Below the pieces are notes generated by a model. It had not been told where the DNA came from. It saw nothing but the letters and a program-made list of their open reading frames with translations, and ran no database searches. Positions 51,740-64,000 of a stretch of DNA of 64,000 bases are shown here, one piece after another. This DNA comes from Callorhinchus milii (Eukaryota). The translations under genes were made by a program, and so were the position numbers. How positions within the stretch are numbered: the stretch's first letter is position 1; every line of letters starts with the position of its first letter. Location of the stretch: positions 48,114,001 to 48,178,000 of the forward strand of contig NW_024704742.1 in assembly GCF_018977255.1 (NCBI RefSeq), given 5' to 3'.

Positions 51740-52035
51740 TGTGGAGTCCTGTAACGTATTGGTAAGAGCTCTCGCCTCTCAAGCGAGAGGACCTGGGTTC
51801 AATTATGGGACAGGGCAAAACCTTACTCAAGTTTCCTTACCCCACACACCTCTGTTTACCTAGCAGTAAGTTGGAACTCAGTTGATAGTCGACTAGGGGT
51901 AATGTTGCCTTCAAAAAATAATAATAATAATTTGGTCACTCAATCCATGACTGGGGAACTTTGCTGTGCGCAATTGGCTGCTGCGTTTTTCCCACAAAAT
52001 ATACAGCCAATTCACTTCACATTCAGTATATTCAG
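51740..52035 (+). mobile_element. SINE family A, long form, tail lost
   Basis: Head TGTGGAGTCCTGTAAC, internal CTCTGTTTACCTAGCAGTAAG. Confidence 0.8.
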
Positions 52036-53981
52036 TGAAACACTTATTATTCTTATTATTTTCTTGCCTGCATTTTTGTTTAATTATTTTTTTCTTTCCT
52101 TCTCTCTCTATTCGGTAATATTTTAATGTTCATTTTACTCTATTTCTATATAAATGCACCTTTGTCTATCAATTTGATGGTGTTTCTAATAAAACCTCAA
52201 GAAGCACAACTTTGATCTTGAACCTCTTGGATCCCATCAGTTTTAGAGGTAGGAACAACATGCAGAACCATAGAAATGGATGGCACAGAATTCAGATGGA
52301 CATTAAGGATCCCATGGCACTTTTCGAAAAGAAAAGTGAGTTTCTCTGGGTGTCCTGGCCAACAATCCCTCACCAAAAATTGTTCATTCACTCCATGTCT
52401 ATTTTTGAGACATTACTGTGTGCAATTGGCTGCTACGTTTTGTCCACGAAATACGAACTCATTGCACTTTACTGTGTATGCTGTGAAGTGCTTTGAGACG
52501 TCTCAATGATGTTATAAGGCGCCATATCAAATGCAAAGATTATTATTATTATAGTGAAGTATGGCTCTTCCTGGGATAAAGGGAAATAATGGTCTAGGCA
52601 TGGCCTGACAGAGCATATCAAGTGTTGATTAATAAATTTCTTACTTAAATGTGTTTGAATAAATAAATGCAACATGTAGGTTAAAAAAACTAGGGCAATT
52701 GCACGTGCATCTGATGATATCTTTTGATATGAAGGCATTATCCTGTGGCTTCAGACTCTGTTATCTGATGTGTAAATTCAATGGAGGTTGTTTGCTGTTT
52801 GTTTGCTAACCTTCATTGCTTTCAGTGTATGAGATGTATAAATGGATTATTGTGACAATGCTCATGCGGTTGAATCATTGTCAAATACTAATCTTCACAT
52901 TTGGACTCATGATTGCACTGAATCTCTCAATAGTTCCCCAACAAAGGTTTCTTTGGATTAAATTGATAGGATAAACTGCAGGTTTACGAGCAAACTATAC
53001 TGCCATACTATATACTTATAAGACAAAATGGTGGCAGAATTTTCAAGGTACAAATGCATCAATTTTTTAAACACCATGCTGAATTAGTGAAGTAATTTTA
53101 AGCTGCTAAATGGAATAGCTTGACTGAACTTGAGTAACTGATAAATAGCATATGATAAAATATAGAAAGCTTCTTTATTGCTTGATTCCTTACACACTGG
53201 AATAATCTTTTCCACAAGAACAATATTTCCAACTCCCATGAGACTTTAGCTTTGAAAAGCTTCCTATTCCTATTTTTGCAAATTGATCAGTTTATAAATC
53301 ATTTGAAAGTGACAAGAATGCATCCAAAACATCCAAGAGATAGAGTGTTACACTGCTGCCAAAGATCGAATAACAATTTCAGAACTACATCGAAAGGAAC
53401 GAACATAAGGTGTCATTACTAATGTACTACATTGTTAATGGACTATATTGTCTGTTTGGTCTGAATTGTAAGCCTATCTGTTTGTATTGACAGGATTATA
53501 AATGATTTAGTTCAATCCACCATGCATTACAGCAGGAGCACCATCACTGTTGTGTGCATATTCATTTCTCAGTTTCAGCATTGCCTGCAGATTTTATTTT
53601 GCTTCTGTGAGTCTTAAGAAGTCCTGCCGCAATGCTTATATAACTACATAATGCGTGGGCCCATCATTGAGATTTATTTATGTTGCCCATTCATGTACTA
53701 AGTGTTCGTCAACTGCAAAATGAGCAAAGACTGGTGTGACATTTAAAGCTTTCGCCTTTGCACAACTGTCTAGACCTATTTCTGTGTATTTGGTTCTTCA
53801 GATCTGGATGGCCGTGAGGAAATACATCACAAATACTTCTATCTTCACTTAATCAGCATAAGAATCAAACTGTAAATATGCAGGGATATTTCACAAGAAC
53901 ACAAGTTTGGTTTGGATGAAGAAGAACTTTCAGCTTGTGATCTCGCCCTAACAGAACACCCACCTTACCGTCTTCCCATCC

Positions 53982-54310
53982 TAATAATAATAATAATAAT
54001 AATCCTTGCATTTGATATAGCGCTTTTCACGTCAGGAGGACGTCCCAAAGCGCTTCACAGAACACACTGTAAAGTGAATTGACTGTATATTTGTGGGCGA
54101 ACGCGGCAGCCAATTGCGCACAGCAATGTCCCACAAACAGTCGTAGATTGAAAATGACCAATTTAATTATTGTTTTTGGTTTTTTGGAGGGATTATTATT
54201 AGGCGTGTGGAGTAAGGAAACTTGCCCAAGGTTTCGCCCTGCCTGGAATTGAACTCAGGTCTCTCACTTGCAAAGCGAGTGCTCTAACCACTGAGCTACA
54301 GGACTCCACA
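53982..54310 (-). mobile_element. SINE family A, young full-length copy
   Basis: Complete head to long (ATT)n tail; CpGs retained. Confidence 0.93.
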
Positions 54311-54558
54311 ATCCTATCATTGAATTTGATGCCTTTGCACCAAAATTGGACCAGGTTGATATTTTAAAAGCATGGTTCAGTTTGTTGGAGCAGGCTTATT
54401 GGAGGGAATGGCCTACTCCTTAGTTTGTATTTAAAACAATTTTCCAGATGTAGAGAATTAATTTTTTTGTGTAGTTCCTACCTTGAGTCAACATCAACGA
54501 CAGCTTGCATTTGTATAGCGCATTCATGGAGAGCATTTGACAGTTGCAGAGCACAACG

Positions 54559-54651
54559 CTTTTTCTTTGATCATGCCTACAGTCACCTCCCCCTCCCCCC
54601 AGCTCTAACAGGGGGAGGGGGAGGTGACTGTAGGCATGATCAAAGAAAAAG
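54559..54651. repeat. Perfect inverted repeat, 41-bp arms, 11-nt loop
   Basis: 54559-54599 is the exact reverse complement of 54611-54651. Confidence 0.95.
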
Positions 54652-57600
54652 GTCTTCAGATACGACTTGAAGAAGGGGAAGGAAGAGGGCAATGTGGAGG
54701 GATTGAGAAGAGTGTTCCAGAGTTTCAGGGATTAGTGGTTGAAAGTGCGGCTACTGATGGTAGAATGGAGGACACAAGGGACAACCAGGGGGATGGAGCC
54801 AGTCAAGCGGAGGCAACAGTTAGTGGGTTGGGGATTAAGTAGATAGTAAGAGATTTGAAGACAATTGTGAGGATCTTGAAATTGAGTAATCTCGCAGCCT
54901 TCTCATCCTAAGAGATATTGCAAAGGCAATGGCTAATTTTTTTTTGAGGGGGGGGGGAGTGTGGGGGGTGAGAGAATTGAACTTAATTCTCCCCTGAAAA
55001 GAAGTTGCTTCCAGTCTGCGATAAGGAAAGAAGCAGAGAGCATGACATGATTACTTTTACACTTGCTGATCTTGCTGATTTTGCATATATTCTCCTTGTG
55101 GTAAGATTGTGAATGTTAAGGCAGCCTTTAGGCTGCACACAACCTTCTGACTCAGAGGCAAGAGTGCCACTAACTGATCCAGGCACTAATTTATAATGGG
55201 AGTTGTTAATAACAAGAACAATTCACATTTATGCAATATCTCTCACACTGGGAAAACATTTCAAGGTGCTTCAGACAGCTGACTGAGGTTCCAAGGTGGG
55301 AGAGGATGGTGTGAAAAGGAAGTGGAAGTGTCGTAGGAAAGATAGTTCTTCAGGCAGGTTTAAAGAAGGGGAGGTAGGAGACGAGCAGAAAGATGAAGTT
55401 TCAGAGAGCGGGGCAGATTGGCTAAAATGGCAGAATGGCCAATAAATCCAAGTCTCAAAAAAAAAGATCTGCACACGGGAACTCTACTCAGAAGTAGAGT
55501 GGAAATCACGTGGGTTAGTGTATTATGTTCTGAGTCAATATGTTGCCATGCCAGGAGGATATCTCAAAGATCGAAGCGCTTCACAGGAACAGTGTAATGT
55601 GTAATAATTTTATTTTGCAGACAAACACAGCAGCCACTTTTAGTCACAGAAATGCTCTTCAAACACCTATGAAGTCATTAACCAATTTTATTTTGGGAGA
55701 TTGTTGGTCAGCGTGCTCGCAGAAAGTCCCTTGTATTTTTGGATACTGTCATGAGATCTTTAATGTCTAGAAAGGCAGTTTCTTCCAAAGGACATTAACT
55801 CCAACAGTGGAGCACACCCAGCACATTGGAGTGTCAGCCTAAACTATAAGAGTTCAAAGTCAAAGTCCTGACTTGGGGCTTGAACCCATATCATTTTGAT
55901 TCAGAGGAGAGTGTGCTACCAAATGCGCCAGGCTGACACCAGAGATAAGGGTATGGGATAAGGATACATTCATGTATCATTGTCAGACAGTTTTAAATAT
56001 CTGACCTAGGTTTACTCCTATTAGTGAAATAAAATGCCTACACTCTTCAATAAATCCTGTCAAACACTTTGAGACAGTTTAAAGATGTGATAAGGTTCTG
56101 CAACAAATGCAAGTTTCACAGCCTAGTTTTTGGATATACAAATTATATTTATTCAAAAGCATTTATAATGTTTGCAATACACATTTGGCAGTGCACATAA
56201 TTATTTTTTGGGCCAGTCAAGGTCTGACATATGTGGAACCCCATCATCATGCTTACGAGTATGCAAGCCAAACTAAGAGTTCCATGGTTGCATACACACT
56301 GAAATGTCCCTGTGACTGGCATGGAATGTTCACTTTCGCCTGGAGGGATATACCTGGCTTACCCAATGCTGGAGAGGATTGGATACAGATTGGCCAAGAG
56401 TCAAGGCCTTGGGACCCTAGAGTGTGCGTTGGGGTACTGCTGAATTTTCACCATTTAAAACTACATAGCTTGCCATTGAGAGCACTTTCTGTCTAGCTTC
56501 CCGCTGCTCGTCCAGCTAGGACTATCGTAACCATTAGGGATTCAGCTTGTAGGTTAACAGAAGCTGAGTGGGAAGAATCCCTAACTCTGTAATAAGAAAT
56601 GTGGCACTATCAGAGACATTACTTACAATAATTCCGCTCTGAGACTCTTTGAGACTCTGCCTCATATGAAGGGCACTATATAAGTGCAGGTTGTTGCTGT
56701 TGTAATTGACAGGACAACATTACTGCTGCAGTGGTGGTGATCCAGGGTCCTGACACTTCCTCAACATTTGCGATATTCAAAGAGAGAACTATTCACTGAG
56801 CCAGACTGATACATTTTTGATATTCCCAAACAGAAGTCGCAATTATTGAAACCGAGCTGCGAATATCGCAAACTAGACCCTCATTAGCACCTTCCATGTT
56901 AATTAACACACCACATGTCACAATTTTTCATCCCATCTAAGTTAAGAGGCAAATTCACTTTCTACCCTTTTATAAAGACAAGGGAGTTTCTCCTGGTGTC
57001 CTGGCCAACAATCCTCCTAGATAAATGGATTGTTCACTTTGTGGCTGTTTGTGGGACATTGCTGTGCACAAAATGTATCTGCTACAAGATACAGTCATTA
57101 CACTTTACAGTAGTGGTGGCCAACCGTTTTGGTGGACCAACAAAATACATTTTTTTGATTGAATATTTCTTGATTTATACCATATTCTTGATTCAGACTG
57201 TTCAGGGGGGCACTTCCAGCCTGAAGACTATGAGTTGGCCACCACTGCTTTACAATAAATCCCAGGAAGCCCTTTGAGGCTTCCTTCCAACGTGAAAGGC
57301 GCTATATCAACGTCAAGGATTATTATTATTAAAATTGATATTGTCATATAAAGGTAAGAGACGATTTTATATCTTTATTTCAATAAAAAATACAGCCCTC
57401 AGGGAAGCAGTATTTATTAACCAATTGTTTTATTACGGTAATTTTGGCAAAGCTGAAAATATTAGATACAGATTTTAAATAAACAGAGTACACGGAACAT
57501 ACAACTCTTTGCAACTCTTTCAAATCTTGGTTCCTATTACTAGCACTCAAGTTGTTTTATTGCATTGACAACTTAAATTGTTCTATTCAATGGTAATGAA

Positions 57601-58635
57601 GTATATATAACCACCATCTCACTACTGTTCTCAAATTATAAAGCAGAGCGTGGCGGTGTTTTTATTAAGAATATACCGTTGAATTAGGCGAGTCAGGATG
57701 TTGTGGGAAGAGCTCAAATTGTGCAGACTGAATGTGGTGGCGGTGCACACAGTTCACATGTTTACCCTCTACACACAGCTTCAGGCAATGACAATGCCAC
57801 ACAAGCCTCATCATAGTCAGGTCCTCGTCGAGTTCACAGTCAGTATGTTCTCTGAGATTATTTTTGGAGTTGCGTGCAAAAGTATTTTCTGACACTACTA
57901 TCAGTCTATTTTGCCTTTCTCATAAAAGTATTTTTTTAAGACAACCCACAGGTTTAAGGAAATTCACCGACTCTAGCTTCTCTGCGGGCTCCACCACCTC
58001 TATAAAACTTCTCCCAACCCTGATCACGTTATCTCCAACCTGTACTTCCTCAGAAACACTCAACTGCACCTTCATCACCTCAGGACTCAACTTCTCTACC
58101 GGCTACTCCAGTTTCACCCTCCATACCACCAGATTATCCAGAAATTTGCAACCATATCGTCTCCCGCACTGGGCTCTAGGACCATATCACCTCTAGGCCT
58201 GCCCGCCTCCACTGTCTCACTCTCCCTCTGTGGATCCACTTTAATATCCTTGTCCTTACCTTCAAATGCCTACATGGTATTGTCGCACTACATCTCTGTG
58301 ATCTCCTGTAACTATATTGCCCTGACACTCCCTCCTCTAACTCTTGTCTATTTCAAGCTCCACGCTCATTCTGCCTCATTATTGTGGGTGAACCTTTAGC
58401 CACTTTGCCCCAGCATTTCTCTACTAGCATCTCGCCTCCTTGGCCCATCTCTCTCTGCTTTAAAATCGCTCTAAAGTCCTAAAACTTTGGCCACCACCAT
58501 TAGACCCACCCGCCCCATCTCCCTCCCTCTGGCTCCCCACTTTGAGATGTTTCTGTATGTGAAAGGCACAAGATATTTTTATTGGGGTTGAGCAGGTGAT
58601 TGACTTTACTTATGAATTATGCAGCCAAGAAACTC

Positions 58636-58946
58636 TGTGGAGTCCTGTAGCTCAGTGGTTAGAGCACTCGCTTTGCAAGCGAGAGACCCGAGTTCAATTC
58701 CAGACAGGGCAGAACCTTGGGCAAGTTTCCTTACTCCACACGCCTAATAATAATCCCTCCAAAACAAAAAACAATAATAAATTGGTCATTTTCAATCTAT
58801 GACTGTTTGTCACACTGCTGTGCGCAATTGGCTGCCGCGTTCGCCCACAAATATACAGTCAATTCACTTTACAGTATATTCTGTGAAGCGCTTTGGGACG
58901 TCTAGAAGAGGTGAAACGCGCTATATCAAATGCAAGGATTATTATT
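58636..58946 (+). mobile_element. SINE family A, full length (tRNA-Ala(TGC)-like head)
   Basis: TGTGGAGTCCTGTAGCTCAGTGGTTAGAGCACTCGCTTTGCAAGCGAG, then body and tail. Confidence 0.93.
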
Positions 58947-59302
58947 AATATTATTGTGATTAATCTTTCTCAGTGAAACAAAAACTCTTTCTATAGCATT
59001 TATACCAACTTATTTTGCTCCATCTAAAGCAACCGACTCTCAAAACACTGAACCCCTTGATACAGTAGTGATGTCCGAACCATATAAAATTGCAATGAAC
59101 CAATTACAAACTGATGTTATAAATGTCCAACCAAAAACGTGTCCATTTAGTAAATTGAGCAGAGTGATGCTCCAGTGATGCTTTTCAGAAGACTTACAGA
59201 AATTCAACAGGATGAAGTCTGTGACCCAAAGTTATTAGAATAGGATGAGAGAATAATTTGATATAATCCTCAAACTAATTAAGAAGGGGTATATGAGGAG
59301 AA

Positions 59303-59477
59303 ATTCCAGATTTATTCTATTGAGTAGCATTTTAGAGCATCCAGAATTTAGCAATTTCTTAACCATAAATTATTTTAGGAATTGCAGTAAACTGACTTCA
59401 AAGTTAAGATTACATTCAAAAATTTGCTAAATTCTGGATGCTCTAAAATTCTATAGTAATAGAGTAGATTTAGAATC
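59303..59477. repeat. Inverted repeat, 26-bp perfect core with imperfect outer extension (MITE-like)
   Basis: ATTTTAGAGCATCCAGAATTTAGCAA (59329-59354) pairs with 59424-59449. Confidence 0.85.
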
Positions 59478-60229
59478 AGTGGAACCCACCCCCATACACA
59501 TACAGACACACACACACAAGTCTCTTAACATTAGAAGTAAAAGGTGAGGTTAGAAGATTTTAATTTTACGCAGAGTGAATGATTAAATATGGAATTATTT
59601 GCTGCAGATGACTACTGAAACTAAACAGATAATAGCTTCCAAGGGAAGCAATGTTGACATTGATTACTTTCAGCGGGATCTTATTGTAAAGTAAATTCCA
59701 AGCATTCCCTTTGCCATTCACTTATCCAAATGTTACAACATGCTCTGTTTTTGGAGTTCATGTTCTTCTCACCACATAGCCACCAGCCACACACACTTCC
59801 AGTAAGCAGATGTATGTCATGCTGACTCCTGGAAGTAGCTACACAAATTTAGAACAGTTTACGTGGGTCACATGGTGCACTTTGACTTATTATTTTCAAG
59901 CTCCCATTATGAATCACTACAATTGAGACCTCAATGGGAAATTTTCCTCCACACAATTGGAAGCAAAATACCCTTGTGTTATTTTTGGATAATTGCCAAG
60001 TGATGAGTACATTCATGTAATATTGGCAGATAATTTTGAAGATCAGACCTACAGAAATATTGATCTGTGTGCAAAAAAAATTAAAAAGCATTTCTAATAT
60101 CTGCAACATGCAGATGACAATGCGTGTTATTATAAAAAAACAAGAAAGATCATAGAATCACAGAAATTTCTGGTGCTGGGTAAAGCTGATATGCAGCATT
60201 GAACGTGGACCTCAAGAACATCAAGGTGG

Positions 60230-61005
60230 CTGGCGTTTCACAAGCTGTCCTCTAAAGGTCCTCCCACCATGTTGAAGGTAGATCCCCACCAGATAGCTGA
60301 TGAGGAAACTCTGAAGCTTGAGACAACAGCTGTTGGAAAGTGGCACCTCCAATTGGTGGAACAATTGCTCATTGGGAAGGGACATGTGTCCGAGTTGCAG
60401 ACAGGAAGGTGGCTATGCTGTCACACATTTCATGCTGAGCTGTATTGCTTACCAGAAGCTCGCCAGGTGTTCTTGCTACCTACCATCCACCGAGCGCTTG
60501 TTGGATGTCAAATCTCTAGTGACAATATTCCTTGGGGTCTGGTTCCTGAGCCAGTTGGATCTGCGGTATTCCAGGGCACTGCTGATGGCAGCACAGGCAG
60601 CCTGCCTCGTCGGCAGGACTTGGAAGGGCAGACCAGTCATTGGGGGCAGGGAATCTTCCCATTAACTCTTGTTAATCCTGCAAGCCAAAGCCCAAATGTT
60701 CCTAGTTGGAAAGCTGGTCAGACAGTTCTATCAATGGCAAGCTATGCGGTTTTAGCAGGTTAGACTCCAGCAATTATTCCAACGCACACTCTGGGGTCCG
60801 CAAGTCTCGGCTCTTGCTAACCTGCGCCTAATACTTTCTAGAATTAGGTGAGCAGGGTGCATCCCTCCAGAAGAGAGTGTGAATTCCATTCCAATTGAAT
60901 TTCTATATATAGGTGGGATACATGGAACTCTCCGTTTAGTTTGAATACTTAAGCGTAGTGATGGGTTTCCGCATGTGTCAGACACCCGGCTAACCTCCAA
61001 AAAAT
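60230..61005 (+). mobile_element. Longest copy of an A-tailed non-LTR repeat family C; other copies + ~3460-3686, 9950-10311, 21950-22425, 43925-44090 and - ~10795-10950, 40130-40680, 56205-56585
   Basis: Shared 3' terminus GTCAGACACCCGGCTRACC(A)n with variable 5' ends; CPSC..HFMLSC motif in ORF 60318-60665. Confidence 0.75.
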
Positions 61006-64000
61006 TCCTCTTGAAACTCAAAGAAATATTACTTCTACTTCAAAATAATCATTCAACACAAAAATAATTTAGATTTGCGATGAACCCCTGATTACTCGAC
61101 CCTGGCTTAACTTGTCACTGCCACTTAAGGAGCCATGGTGTCAATATCCCAGCTGCTTCCCATGCAATACAATGGACTCCGTTTTATTTATCACTCCGCC
61201 TAGCAAGTATCCAGTCACATTCTAAAAATTCTCGTAATTACACTCAATGTGACCCAAAGCAAACACAAGTCTGTTTAGTTTTCATATATAACCTGGAAAA
61301 CAATATATTTGTTCTTTAATGCACTACAGTACATCTCCTGAGAAGTATACAGTTTCCAATTCAGTAACAGAAATAAGTGAGAGGAAACAGAAAATAAGTG
61401 CATTTATAGACACATACGCCTACATACATACACTTAAACTTAAGTTAAACAAGTTTTAAGGAATAAACTGACAGACATGGGGGCCAGGTCTGCTCCATCA
61501 CATTGACAGCTGTTCACCCTGTGCAGGTGTTGTGTTGGTGTATACAGTATATTCTCCCAGTGCACCCTTGTGGCCCTGGAGGACCTATGCCTAACTCATC
61601 ACTCCAGATAATTTGTTGCTGAGACCTTTTCCCTTGGAGTGACGAGTTATCAGGAGTTTATTGGTTTACAGGTTCAGCAAATAACAAAATGAACCTAATA
61701 AGTTGGGGAAAACGGGTTATTTTTATAGTCAATTTGTTTTAGTTGTCTTTGAATTGACAGTGAAAATGCCCTCAAACGCTGCAGTTCTAAGTTGAGTTGA
61801 GCTGGGATATGAAATTGTATCTCATTGAGAATTACAATTGTTTGAAAATGTAGTAAACCTGACCTTTGCCAAAACGCAATACATTCTTAACATGTACAGT
61901 CATGTCTGCAATGTGTAAGGAACACTAAAACACAGCACATTTAAAATAGATACAGCTTAGCCAGCAGGATTGGGCTGGAAGTCAAGCTGGGGTTCAATAC
62001 CGAACAGGGTTGGCCTATGAGAGAGAAAGAAAGAACTAAAACAACCATACAAGTTTTATCGTGGTTTACAGCAGAACGCGTGAAAGGAATTATAATAAAT
62101 GTTATTTGCATTTGATATAGCAGCTTATCAGGTAACTGAGATGTCTCAAAGTGCTTCACAGAATTTACTTGAAAGTGTAGTGATTATATTTTGCAGGCAC
62201 AAGCCAATTTGCTCAGAGCAATGTCTCACAAACAGCAATGACCAATTCACAAATAATTACTGTCAAGTGCAGTGACTATTTTTGTATGTAAACATGGCAA
62301 ACATTTGCACTAATGGAATCCTTAAAAACTCATTTCACCCACAAAATACAAAGTCAATCCACGTTACAGTAGACCCTGTGAAGCGCTTTGAGACATCTCG
62401 ATGACATGATAAGGTGCTAAATCAAATGCAAGGATTATTATTATTTATGAGGTAAATGCTGAATATTATCAGGCCAGGACAGCGGGAGGAACTCCTTTCT
62501 CTATTGATTAGTGTCATGGAATGTTTAATGTCTACTGGAGAAAGATAGCCAGGAACCTGGTTTAATTACTCATTCAAAAAAAAAACACATTGAATCTTGC
62601 CGCAATCCCTTTGTATTGCACTAGAAGATTGTGAACTCAAATTCTGCTGTGGGGCATAACTTTCATACCCAGAGGAGTGAGAGTTACCAACTCTTCAAAG
62701 TAGAAAATTAGGAATTTAGAAACTCCATCATATGTTGGCTGACCTCAAGTGCCTCAGTATGCAACAACAACAACTTGCACCCTTCATCTAGGATAGCATC
62801 TCAGAGCGCTGAAATGTTTGTTTTGCATTGTCACATACATGGAACACTCCTGGCTTCCGGCACTGACTAGTCAGCTTTCTGCATATATCACGCATGTGCA
62901 ACGTGCAGAAAATGACATCAATGGTGATCTGATGAGCCGGAATTGCTGACCAAATGACTTTTCTTTTACGTGCCCCAATATAACACAAGGTCTGAGTTTA
63001 TCGACCCACCGTGCTACAACTGGGTTGGCCTGTAAAATGTTTTCAATACAAAATATCTGTATCAATTGCAAAACAATTAATCTTTGAAAGCACCAGTAGG
63101 AAGGTTGAAGGACATGGTTGGGGTAGAGTATATTACTATAAATAATAATAAAATAATAATCATAATAATCCTCAACGTTACGATGGGACAGACGCGATGG
63201 GCTAAATGGCCTCCTTCTGTGCTGTATAATTCTATGAAAGCACTTCACAGGATTCGTTGCAAAGTGTAAAAATTGCATATATTGAAGGATTCCGTGTGTT
63301 GGGGGAAGTTTTATTTGGCAGATCCTTTTTGAAGAATTGGTTCGGCATAGCAGTTGACTCAATTCTCTGTAAAATAAAATTGCTTATGAGAACTGTGGTA
63401 TCAGCACTGTATCAAATTCAAGGATCATTAATATCAAATCCAAGTATTATTATTTTTATTATGATTGAATAAGTCAGTGCAAGCGCAGATACAGAGGATT
63501 TGTAGAACAGACTCCTTGGTTACCTGTCGGATCTATTGGCAATATGCATTGCTTTCTATGGATGTAGGAACTAGAGACTTCTGGATACCAAAGAAAAGCT
63601 TTCACTGGCTTTTGGTCTAAATAATTTAAAGTAAAACATGTCATTGTGTTTCATCTGCATTAAAAATAAATGTTCTTTGTTTGGTTAAAATATGTCAAGG
63701 CTATGAAATAAAAATCTTGTAACATCTGCTTTTTTTTCAAAACATGTGTTATTTATACTTTGTTGTTTGCCAGCTATTTGCCAATCTATAATAAGGAGAA
63801 CATGATGGACGACTTGTTCATCAATCTAGTTTGTGCTGGTGCACAGAGAACACCATCTCAATCCAAAGGCACTATCCAGCACCTTTGGAATGTATTCCTA
63901 GGTGGACACCAGTGACCTGAAATTACTCATGGCTCATTGTGTTTGCCAGGGTATCTGTGTGTGAGTGTGTTTGTGTGTTAGGGGTTGGGGATTATTGGCG

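Noticed and set aside
58638..58712. tRNA-Ala(TGC)-like sequence (also at 26098 and 54240)
   Set aside because: It runs directly into SINE body and tail and is repeated as part of the SINE; a SINE head, not a tRNA gene.
59849..60109. Minus-strand ORF with an acceptor-like site near 60049
   Set aside because: No recognisable protein in any frame; not RBM47.

Overview
Vertebrate genomic DNA, almost certainly from a cartilaginous fish. The repeat set (DeuSINE/SacSINE-type SINEs, L2, shark-type CR1 and Penelope-like termini) suggests a holocephalan such as Callorhinchus, but this is inferred, not verified. The window holds two + strand genes in their human order. RHOH has a single coding exon at 4412-4987 and putative non-coding upstream exons carrying uORFs. 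CHRNA9 has five coding exons (42288-42348, 43624-43769, 44493-44647, 45200-45732, 49856-50505; 1545 nt, 514 aa, all GT-AG and phase-consistent). The rest is dense in retroposons. Points of interest: a nested L2/minisatellite/SINE structure, SINE subfamilies whose tail tracks the young L2 tail, a 5'-truncated A-tailed non-LTR family with a CCHC remnant, degenerate hammerhead-like motifs, two perfect inverted repeats, and unusual substitutions in both proteins. I found no clear-cut novel multi-gene system. Repeat boundaries are approximate and read by eye.
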